35,616 bases of DNA from an uncultured Gammaproteobacteria bacterium. GTDB lineage: Bacteria > Patescibacteriota > Patescibacteriia > 2-12-FULL-60-25. The translations under genes and the position numbers were made by a program. Each line of letters begins with the position of its first letter. Positions within the stretch are counted from its first letter, which is position 1. The stretch is taken from positions 1-35,616 of the forward strand of contig CAYIQM010000002.1 in NCBI GenBank assembly GCA_964365615.1. Direction: 5' to 3'. Below are positions 24,848 through 32,792 of the stretch, piece by piece. The notes under the pieces are model-generated. The model did no database searches, was not told where the DNA came from, and worked only from the letters and a program-made list of their open reading frames with translations.

Positions 24848-25056
24848 ACCTTTTCTACTTTATATTGACCTAGGCTTTCTATCTCTTTCTTGAAGACATC
24901 CCAATCGAGTTTGTCATCATGCTCGACCAGCGTCTGGCCGGTCCTAAAGTCAACGACGCATAAGATTATGCCAGGAATATCTTTGCAAACATCTTCGATC
25001 AAGGTTTTGCAAGAGACGCAATGCGTACCTGTAATTGTCATGAGTGTTTTTTGCAT
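24844..25056 (-). CDS. CopZ-like heavy-metal-associated (HMA) metallochaperone
   Basis: ORF trimmed to MQKTLMTITGTHCVSCKTLIEDV (70 aa, one CxxC). The start lies 1 nt after the upstream stop. Confidence 0.85.
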   Translation of the reverse strand: MQKTLMTITGTHCVSCKTLIEDVCKDIPGIILCVVDFRTGQTLVEHDDKLDWDVFKKEIESLGQYKVEKV

Positions 25057-25057
25057 A

Positions 25058-26701
25058 TTATGCGTTTGGTATGACGTTAATCTGCCCTCGATACATTCCC
25101 ATGGAGCAACTGAATTGATACGTACCGGGTTGTGTTGGTGCGGTGAATTCAATCGTGTTGCCACCTACTGCCAACAGTTTTTGAATGCCTAACTGTCGTG
25201 ACACGAGCACCGAGGTACAGCCTCCAGCGTTTGTGCCATCAACAATCCATCGTGTCGGTACTCCTGCCTTAATCGTAAATTGACTCGGCTGATACCCGCC
25301 GTTGACGGCCATTCTAATAACCTGCGTATTTCCATCCATTGTCACATTGCCATTGACTTCTAATGCTGCGACACTCGGTGCTGCAAAAGAGAAACTTGGT
25401 AATGAGAGCGGATATCCTGCGACTGTGAGTCCATTTTGGATATTCCAAAGACCAAGGACAACCACCAGTGCTCCTGAGAATTTGAAGAAGAATCTGCCGG
25501 CCTTGCCTTTAAAAGAACTTGAAACCCAACCCAACGCGAGCAGCGCGGGTGCTGTGCCCAAAGCGAATGCCATCATTGACAGAGCAGCCGTGGTAAAGCT
25601 TCCGGTAGTCAACGCGTACAGTTGAAGTGCTTGTGTGAAGCCGCAAGGAAGGAAGAAGGTTGCCGCGCCTAAAGCGAGTGGTGCCAGAGGATGTTCTTTG
25701 CTCTCTGCATCCATAACTTTATGCGACAAAAATCTCGGCATGCGGGGCATCAATCGCTTGAGCCATGTTGGAGCGATTTGTAACATATCCAACCCCATCA
25801 CCAGCATGTAGAGTGCTGCCAGGATGGTGATGAATGCCATAACGGTCGGTGACGGAGACAGCGTTTTTCCGACGATTCCCAAAAGACCACCTAAGAGGCC
25901 ATATCCAGCCATGCGACCTGCGACGAACAGAAAGACTGGCCGCATACGACCCATCGGTCCGACAGATCCGTAGCGTTCATTGAATTTTGCGGCTGCAGAC
26001 AAGAGCAGCCCACCAGTGATTGCGAGACAGGAAGAACTCGCTGCAACCAACCCAATGATGAAGATAGTGCCAAGACTCATGCCGGCTCCGACGGAAAAAC
26101 TTGTATTCAAGAGTCCGAGACTTGAGAAAATCTTTCCGATCAGGAGAACGAGAGCAAACAGACCGACGAGTTGCATGAATGAGGGTTTTGTTTTTTGACC
26201 CATCCCATTCAAGCTGACGATGTACTTCCCTTCTCCGAGTGCATTCTGAAGTTGAGTGATGGTCGGTGCTGACCCTGTGTGAATAATCTTTGCTCTGCCA
26301 CTTGCGGCACTTACTTCTACTTTGCTTACACCATCAAGTTTTTTCCAGTTACGTTCAACGATGACCTCACAGCTGTGGCAGGTCATTCCGTCAATGCAGA
26401 TCTTAGTGATTTTCGATTCGTGTGTTGGAGTTGTGGTATGAGCTGTGCTCGTTTGGCTCTCCTTAATTTCATGTAGATGGAATCCATGAGGCTGTAAAGC
26501 GACTTTGATTGGTGTTATATCTAATGGCTCTGAACTGAAAATCGTCAGAGTACGATTTTCAGTGTCAGTTTCAACCTTCTGGCCACCGGTCGCATGTTCA
26601 AGACACTTTTTGAGGATATCCTGAAGTTGATCCGCTCTGGACTTGCTATTGAGCGCATCAATGCTAAATGTATATTGGTGTGATAGAGACGATTGGTCCA
26701 T
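25058..26701 (-). CDS. Fusion protein: degenerate HMA + HMA + DsbD_2/TauE-SafE-like membrane domain + C-terminal cupredoxin-like domain
   Basis: IDGMTCHSCEVIVERNWKKL (HMA). About 6 TM segments with GAATFFLPCGFTQALQLY. C-terminal TIKAGVPTRWIVDG....C...PGTYQFSCSMGMYRGQINV. Confidence 0.85.
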   Translation of the reverse strand: MDQSSLSHQYTFSIDALNSKSRADQLQDILKKCLEHATGGQKVETDTENRTLTIFSSEPLDITPIKVALQPHGFHLHEIKESQTSTAHTTTPTHESKITKICIDGMTCHSCEVIVERNWKKLDGVSKVEVSAASGRAKIIHTGSAPTITQLQNALGEGKYIVSLNGMGQKTKPSFMQLVGLFALVLLIGKIFSSLGLLNTSFSVGAGMSLGTIFIIGLVAASSSCLAITGGLLLSAAAKFNERYGSVGPMGRMRPVFLFVAGRMAGYGLLGGLLGIVGKTLSPSPTVMAFITILAALYMLVMGLDMLQIAPTWLKRLMPRMPRFLSHKVMDAESKEHPLAPLALGAATFFLPCGFTQALQLYALTTGSFTTAALSMMAFALGTAPALLALGWVSSSFKGKAGRFFFKFSGALVVVLGLWNIQNGLTVAGYPLSLPSFSFAAPSVAALEVNGNVTMDGNTQVIRMAVNGGYQPSQFTIKAGVPTRWIVDGTNAGGCTSVLVSRQLGIQKLLAVGGNTIEFTAPTQPGTYQFSCSMGMYRGQINVIPNA

Positions 26702-26782
26702 AATGAGGTACGAATAAAATTAAAACCTAACGAAAACGAAAGGTTGCGAGCGATCTCGCGAAAACCTTTCGTTTTCGTTAGG
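26702..26782 (-). terminator. Very strong hairpin plus U-tract between the first and second genes of the metal operon
   Basis: Perfect 20-bp arms (26726-26745 and 26763-26782). Inner 5-bp stem gcgag/ctcgc with a cgat loop. On the minus strand it is followed by ttttaattttatt. The hairpin overlaps the stop codon at 26778-26780. Confidence 0.6.
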
Positions 26783-27221
26783 CGTGACGTTTTGGGTGGA
26801 GAATCCCTTGGCTAAAAGCAAACGTAAGAACCGATGGAGTAAAAGAAAATTTTAGACTACGCAACACACTTCTAAGTCTTGCTCGCAATCGCTCATTGTC
26901 AGCTACATAATTTTTGAGGATGAAAAACCATGCAATGACACTCAATACAATCAAAGAAAGAAAAAATGCTAATTGATCTAAGAGCGTAGCAGGATGAACA
27001 GAGAAAAACTGACCCATGTGTTCGACCGGCATTGGACAATTACGGCTTCCTTGCATGCAATCCAAAGCTGGAGAAGTAGAGACGGTCACATCCATCATTT
27101 GCGGGGATTGCATTTGACCCAAAGAGCTCATCGTTAGCATCTGTTTACAGACGCTAAAAACTGACACAACCATTATCGTGCCGAGAATTAGAGTTGAAAC
27201 CACTTTTCTCAGTGACACCAT
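26778..27221 (-). CDS. Met-rich membrane protein of unknown function
   Basis: Start set to the ATG at 27221, just downstream of the promoter. MVSLRKVVSTLILGTIMVVSVFSV (TM), then MLTMSSLGQMQSPQMMDV...CMQGSRNCPMPVEHM, a second TM segment and a basic tail. Confidence 0.6.
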   Translation of the reverse strand: MVSLRKVVSTLILGTIMVVSVFSVCKQMLTMSSLGQMQSPQMMDVTVSTSPALDCMQGSRNCPMPVEHMGQFFSVHPATLLDQLAFFLSLIVLSVIAWFFILKNYVADNERLRARLRSVLRSLKFSFTPSVLTFAFSQGILHPKRHA

Positions 27222-27228
27222 CGTTAGA

Positions 27229-27257
27229 AGTGTACACACTAAAAACGGTTGAGTCAA
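27229..27257 (-). promoter_or_regulatory. Sigma70-type promoter of the metal operon (leaderless geometry)
   Basis: On the minus strand: TTGACT (27257-27252), 17-nt spacer, TACACT (27234-27229), then 7 nt to the ATG at 27221. Confidence 0.5.
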
Positions 27258-27281
27258 GATACAGACTTCTCCTCTCTACAG

Positions 27282-27301
27282 TTATCCACTCTTTATCCAC
27301 C
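27282..27301 (+). promoter_or_regulatory. Two tandem near-consensus DnaA boxes upstream of dnaA
   Basis: ttatccact (27282-27290) and ttatccacc (27293-27301), each with one mismatch to TTATCCACA. TTGACA at 27305-27310 follows. Confidence 0.5.
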
Positions 27302-27335
27302 TATTTGACATTTGCGTACGCGGTTGTTGGAATAA

Positions 27336-28736
27336 ATGAAAACTATGGACCTTCAAGAAATCTGGCAGGCCGTACTCGGGGAACTTGAACTCACCCTCTC
27401 CAAAGCCAATTTCACCACATGGTTCAAAAGTACCTTCGTTTCGTCGTGTGACCAAACCCGGGTCGTGATTTCTGTCCCAAACACCTTCACAAAGGCCTGG
27501 CTTGAAAAAAAATACCATGACGCGATCATCCGTGCCCTCCGCAATGCGACATCCAACAATGGGCTTCGCGAGGTCATCTACCGTGTCGAGGCGCGCAATA
27601 CCACGGTCCTGCCACAATTCGCTGATCACATCGAAACGTCCAAGCGCGCGACGGAAGACGCCCCACATCTACCGACGGAAGAGATGGCAGCGGCATCCGA
27701 TGTCGGTTTGAATCCACGTTATATTTTCGACGCATTTGTTGTGGGAAAGGCAAATGAGCTCGCACACGCAGCTGCGATGGCTGTTGCGGCAAAACCAGGC
27801 GTGACCTATAACCCGCTCTACATCTATGGTGACTCCGGCCTTGGGAAAACCCATCTGATTCAGGCCATCGGCCAACACATTTTATCGCACGCTCAAAACG
27901 CGAAGATCCTCTACGTGACGTGCGAGCGCTTTACAAACGAATTCATCAACGCCGTACGGAGCGGCCATGGCAAGGAGTTTAAAGAGACCTATCGCAACGT
28001 GGATGTTCTTCTCATGGATGATATTCAGTTTTTAACGGGCCATGAAGGCACGCAGGAGGAATTTTTCCATACGTACGAGACGCTTCACCAAAAGGATAAA
28101 CAACTTGTCATTACCTCTGACCGCTCGCCCAAAGAAATCCGGGGGCTTGAAAATAGACTTCTCTCCCGTCTCGAGTGGGGCATGATTTGTGACGTCTCAT
28201 CGCCGGATTTCGAGACGCGCGTGGCGATTCTCGAAGCAAAGGCTCGCGAACGACGCGCCGTGCTTTCGACGGAAATCCTTCGCTGCATTGCGGGCATCAT
28301 TCAAACGAACGTACGCGAGCTCGAAGGAGCCTTGAATAAAATTCTTGCCTACCATCAATTCAAGAACACGGTACCGACGCTCGAATCCGTCCAACTACTT
28401 CTCCAAAGCTTCGTTCCAAATACGCCGAAACGAAACATCACCCCACGCCGCCTGATTGATCTTGTGCTTGGATACTACGACCTCTCGCATGACGAACTCC
28501 TCGGAAAGTCGCGCGAGCAGCGCCTCGCGTTTCCGCGGCAAATCGCGATGTACCTTCTTCGTGAAGAGGCGAAATGTTCTTTCCCTGCAATTGGCGGACA
28601 CCTTGGAGGGCGTGATCACACGACGGCGATGTACGCCTGCACGAAAATCTCGGACCTGCTTAAAACAAACGAGCAACTTCGCCGAGACGTGAGTCTCATT
28701 CGCGAGAAGTTGTATGCGGGAGTAACGTCTGGATAA
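27336..28736 (+). CDS. dnaA: Chromosomal replication initiator DnaA
   Basis: Walker A GDSGLGKTHL, LLMDDIQFL, sensor and box VII regions, C-terminal DNA-binding helix (FPRQIAMYL...GGRDHTTAMYA). An alternative start lies at 27345. Confidence 0.95.
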   Translation: MKTMDLQEIWQAVLGELELTLSKANFTTWFKSTFVSSCDQTRVVISVPNTFTKAWLEKKYHDAIIRALRNATSNNGLREVIYRVEARNTTVLPQFADHIETSKRATEDAPHLPTEEMAAASDVGLNPRYIFDAFVVGKANELAHAAAMAVAAKPGVTYNPLYIYGDSGLGKTHLIQAIGQHILSHAQNAKILYVTCERFTNEFINAVRSGHGKEFKETYRNVDVLLMDDIQFLTGHEGTQEEFFHTYETLHQKDKQLVITSDRSPKEIRGLENRLLSRLEWGMICDVSSPDFETRVAILEAKARERRAVLSTEILRCIAGIIQTNVRELEGALNKILAYHQFKNTVPTLESVQLLLQSFVPNTPKRNITPRRLIDLVLGYYDLSHDELLGKSREQRLAFPRQIAMYLLREEAKCSFPAIGGHLGGRDHTTAMYACTKISDLLKTNEQLRRDVSLIREKLYAGVTSG

Positions 28737-28971
28737 CTCTTGGTTCCGGCAGTTGATGCTTTTATGGATTCATGTGCATATCTCGGACTTCACTTCCTCA
28801 TCTCTCTTTTCATCCTCATCCCATCAACCGAATTTCCCCCTTCTTGTGTGTATCAAATCAATCTTCAGCTCCCTATGAACGCTCGCTTTTTTCTTCATCT
28901 CCACATCATCAACAGTCCTACTGTCTTCACCTTTTAATTCTCTTCATATCTAAAGGACCATTGATATCTGT

Positions 28972-30105
28972 ATGAAATTCGCGTGCACACAAGAAAATCT
29001 CTTACAAGGTTTGAATCTCGTCAGTCACATTACGGGAAAGAACGTGAACCTTCCGGTATTAGGAAATGTTCTTTTAAAAACCGAAGGCGGCTCCCTTCGC
29101 CTTTCTACGACAAACCTCGAGCTTGCGATTAACAACGTTGTGCGCGGAAAGGTGGAGATAGATGGGGAATATAGCGTTCCGGCGAAACTTTTTCTTGATT
29201 ACGTGACCCTGCTTCCTTCTGGAAAGGTTGAACTCACTCTGATAGATGAGGGGCTTGAAGTACGTTCTACGGAACAAGAAACGGTCTTTAAGGGGATGTT
29301 AGCAAGTGAATTTCCGGTTCTTCCAAAACTAGTGATACGCCAGCCGTATGAACTCAAGGCGGAGGATTTAAGACGTACGATCGGGCAAGTTGCCTTTGCG
29401 GTCGGAACATCCGAAACCCGTCCGGAACTGATGGGAGTCGCCTGTTTTTTTGGCGGGTTGGCTGGCAGTGGAAATCTTGCCTGTGTAGCGACGGACTCCT
29501 ACCGCCTCGCTGAACGACGTATTCCTGTGAGCGGGAACACAGGAGAGGGGCGCGTCATTGTTCCGGCGCGTGCGTTTGTTGAGATCTCACGCATCATTGG
29601 ATCGTATAAAGATGAACTCTCAATGCCAGAGCATGTGCAACTTTCCTTCACGGACAACCAGATGGTGATGTCATACGGGAGCGTTGAACTCATCTCACGG
29701 CTCATTGAGGGGTCGTTTCCAGATTACGCGCCCCTCATCCCACACAATTTCAAAACCGAGGCCGTTCTCTCTCGTCAGGAACTGCAAAAAGCCGTACGTG
29801 CCGCCGCACTCTTTTCGCGACAGGGGATTTTTGACGTCCATCTTGAACTCGATCCGGACAAAGGGACGTGCACCGTCAAATCCGCGGATCAAGGGACCGG
29901 AAAAACGAAGACCGTATTACAGACAAAGGTCACGGGTGACGCGAATACCGTGATGCTGAACTATCGCTATCTTATGGATGGGCTTGCGGCGATGCTATGC
30001 GACGCGGTTCGCATTCGCCAAGTTGATCGTACGAATCCAATCCTCATGACCCCGGAAGGGTCAGAGGAAAAATATCGGTACCTCATCATGCCAATCAGAC
30101 AATAG
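28972..30105 (+). CDS. dnaN: DNA polymerase III beta sliding clamp
   Basis: 377 aa. MKF.C....L...L..V and LRLSTTNLE, three-domain length, C-terminal YLIMPIRQ. Sits directly after dnaA. Confidence 0.95.
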   Translation: MKFACTQENLLQGLNLVSHITGKNVNLPVLGNVLLKTEGGSLRLSTTNLELAINNVVRGKVEIDGEYSVPAKLFLDYVTLLPSGKVELTLIDEGLEVRSTEQETVFKGMLASEFPVLPKLVIRQPYELKAEDLRRTIGQVAFAVGTSETRPELMGVACFFGGLAGSGNLACVATDSYRLAERRIPVSGNTGEGRVIVPARAFVEISRIIGSYKDELSMPEHVQLSFTDNQMVMSYGSVELISRLIEGSFPDYAPLIPHNFKTEAVLSRQELQKAVRAAALFSRQGIFDVHLELDPDKGTCTVKSADQGTGKTKTVLQTKVTGDANTVMLNYRYLMDGLAAMLCDAVRIRQVDRTNPILMTPEGSEEKYRYLIMPIRQ

Positions 30106-30144
30106 GTCTACGACATGTCGTCATTATTCGTACATTCGTAGACT

Positions 30145-32664
30145 TTATGATGCGTCTGCGTTCAGATTGATCGTGACATGGGCACGCCCGCGGTTTCCAA
30201 CGTCATCAACGGCCACGACTTCCAGATCGTGGAACCCGCGTGCGATGGAATTTGGGAGCTGAATGTGGACGCGCCACGGCACGTCGGGCGCGATTGACGT
30301 GCCAAGAAGATTCCCATTGGAATAGACTTCCACGCGCGTGATCCGTCGCTGGGCAACCGCGTTTACGGTGACGATTTGCGTCCGTGAGGTCCACTCTTCG
30401 TATTGCGTCGGCGAGAGGATGGTCACCGTTGGTTGGCTTCCGGTCGTATGCACATCATCGAATTCTGTGGGTACGGTCGTGGTCGTAGAAAGCCAGTTTG
30501 TCCGCTTCACCCAATCTTGAACCGCGCTTTCCCAGTTCGCATATTGCGGATCGCGCGTCGGGTCTTCGGGTGCTGGGCCGCGTGGATCGTCTTTGTCGAG
30601 ATACTGGAGCGTGTCATGCGCCTCCCGAGCGGCCCGCTCGACGATCATTTCGGGCGGAGTGAGATCCGTTGCGAGTTTGCCCGAGATCGCGTCCAGCCTC
30701 ACGACCCTCTCAGTCGCCTTCCCGAGAAGGATTGGCTTCAGGTCTTTCGGGGGAGGTTCTGGCGGCGGGAATGATTCGGCCGGCGACTTTTCAAGCGCAC
30801 GTTTCATGTAGCTCTGCCAGATCGGCGCCGCGATCTGCGAGCCGTCCGCACCTCGTTTCATCTCGGCGTTGTCATTGTTGCCAACCCACACGCCCGCGGC
30901 AAGGGACGGCGTGTATCCCAACGTCCACGCGTCATGGAAGTTGTTCGTTGTCCCCGTCTTTGTCGCGGCCGGGCGGCCCGGCAACGTGAGATAATTTGTG
31001 GCTCCAAAAATGTACGCACGCGCATCGTTATCCGAGAGGACATTCGACATCGTATGCGCGATGTTCCGATCCATCACTTCTCGACCGGGAGAAGGCATCC
31101 ATTCTTCGAGCGTCTTTCCTCTCGCATCTTGGACTTTGAGGATCGCCGCGATAGGCATCTCGACGCCGTCGTTCGCAAACGTCGCATACGCATGCGTGTG
31201 TTCCAGGAGTTTGACCTCCCCTCCGCCAAGCACGAGCGAGAGGCCGAAGCGGCTCCGATTGCCGAACGTCGAGTAGCCGAGCGATTCCGCAAAGTCGAGC
31301 ACGCGTCCAACACCGACGAGGTAGATCATTTTTACGGACGGAATGTTCAGTGATCCTTGGAGTGCCTGACGAACCGAAACAGGGCCATGCTCTTTGAGAT
31401 CGTAATTCTTCGGTTCATAGCTTTTGATGTCCGTTTTGAAGACCGTATTCACGTCCCAGAGCGTTGTCTCCGGCGTGTAGCCTTTTATCAGCCCTGCGGC
31501 ATAGACGATCGGCTTGAAGGATGAGCCGGGCTGGCGCGGCCGAAGGGCGACGTTGACCTGTCCGTCGTGTTCGTCATCAAAAAAATCTTTCGACCCAACG
31601 AGGGCGAGGATGTGCCCTGTTTTTGGATCAAGCGATACCAGGGACGCGTTTGTGAAGCGATAGCGCTTGCCGCGCGTATCCACGCCCTTCCTCACTTCCT
31701 CTTCCGCGATCTGTTGCCTGTTCCAATCAAGCGACGTTGTGACGTTGAGACCTTTTTCTTCCACCACCTTTTGTCCATATTTTTCGATGAGAAGTGACCG
31801 GACGTACATCACAAAGTGCGGCGCAGCGATGCTCCCGACTTTTTTCGGCACTAGCTTTTTGAGCGTTTCGATTTTTTTCGCTTCTATCGCTTGGTCTTTC
31901 TCGAGATAGCCTTGCGCGACCATCCGGTCGAGGACATAGTGCTGGCGGCCGATGAGTTTTTCGCGGTTGTCGCCGTGGGAGCCAGAGCCGTATGGCGAGT
32001 AGAGGTCTGGTGCCTGCGGCATCGCGGCGAGCAGTGCCGCTTCATCCAAGGTCAGATCTTTTGACGCCTTCCCGAAATAGTTCCGGGCAGCGGATTCGAT
32101 TCCGTAGATCGTTGAGCCATACGGAATTTCGTTCAGATAGAGCTGCAGGATCTGCCCTTTCGTATACACACGCTCCAGTTGAAGCGAAAGGAGCAACTCC
32201 TTGAGTTTGCGCGTGAAGGAACGTTCGTTTGTGAGGACCGCGTTCTTTACGAACTGTTGGGTGAGCGTTGACGTTCCTCTTACGCGCTCACGGAAGAGGA
32301 CGCTTTTGACAAATGCGCGCAGAAGCCCCTTCCAGTCCACGCCATGATGCGAATAAAAGTTTTTGTCCTCGATCGCAACGGTTGCGTTTGGGATATACGA
32401 CGGCAGATCCGCAACGCGGACAAGCGTCCGATTTTCCTCGCCGTGGATTTCGTAGAGCAGGTGTTCGCCCGTGCGGTCATAGATCTTTGTCGTGAGGGGA
32501 ATCTCGCGTGACATGAGCGTGTTCGGGTCTGGGAGATCACGCGACACCCATGCGAGCAGGATTGTGAGGATCAGAGCACCGAAGAGGAGGATTCCTCCTC
32601 CAAACATAGCGAGGGTCAGCATGGTCTTTTTTCCTCGTTCCCGTGTCCATTTTTGCCGTTTCAT
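30145..32664 (-). CDS. Class A (bifunctional) penicillin-binding protein, PBP1A family
   Basis: Glycosyltransferase motifs EDKNFYSHHGVD and RGTSTLTQQ. Transpeptidase motifs SSFKP, SLN and KTGT. N-terminal TM anchor and extra C-terminal domain. Confidence 0.93.
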   Translation of the reverse strand: MKRQKWTRERGKKTMLTLAMFGGGILLFGALILTILLAWVSRDLPDPNTLMSREIPLTTKIYDRTGEHLLYEIHGEENRTLVRVADLPSYIPNATVAIEDKNFYSHHGVDWKGLLRAFVKSVLFRERVRGTSTLTQQFVKNAVLTNERSFTRKLKELLLSLQLERVYTKGQILQLYLNEIPYGSTIYGIESAARNYFGKASKDLTLDEAALLAAMPQAPDLYSPYGSGSHGDNREKLIGRQHYVLDRMVAQGYLEKDQAIEAKKIETLKKLVPKKVGSIAAPHFVMYVRSLLIEKYGQKVVEEKGLNVTTSLDWNRQQIAEEEVRKGVDTRGKRYRFTNASLVSLDPKTGHILALVGSKDFFDDEHDGQVNVALRPRQPGSSFKPIVYAAGLIKGYTPETTLWDVNTVFKTDIKSYEPKNYDLKEHGPVSVRQALQGSLNIPSVKMIYLVGVGRVLDFAESLGYSTFGNRSRFGLSLVLGGGEVKLLEHTHAYATFANDGVEMPIAAILKVQDARGKTLEEWMPSPGREVMDRNIAHTMSNVLSDNDARAYIFGATNYLTLPGRPAATKTGTTNNFHDAWTLGYTPSLAAGVWVGNNDNAEMKRGADGSQIAAPIWQSYMKRALEKSPAESFPPPEPPPKDLKPILLGKATERVVRLDAISGKLATDLTPPEMIVERAAREAHDTLQYLDKDDPRGPAPEDPTRDPQYANWESAVQDWVKRTNWLSTTTTVPTEFDDVHTTGSQPTVTILSPTQYEEWTSRTQIVTVNAVAQRRITRVEVYSNGNLLGTSIAPDVPWRVHIQLPNSIARGFHDLEVVAVDDVGNRGRAHVTINLNADAS

Positions 32665-32712
32665 GATGTGTGAAAATTTCGCTAATTTAGGGACAATTTT
32701 AGTATATAACCC

Positions 32713-32741
32713 TTGACAAAAACGGGCAAATATGCTTTAAT
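32713..32741 (+). promoter_or_regulatory. Sigma70-type promoter with extended -10
   Basis: TTGACA (32713-32718), 17-nt spacer ending in TGc, then TTTAAT (32736-32741). Confidence 0.55.
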
Positions 32742-32792
32742 AGATCTTCGTGATTCGAGAGTCCTCTATGAAACTCGGGTCAGGAAAACACC

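Noticed and set aside
28740-28975. Two 65-67-aa + strand ORFs in the dnaA-dnaN spacer.
   Set aside because: They are products of a low-complexity pyrimidine tract (L/F/S/P/I-rich), overlap each other in different frames, and have no start context.
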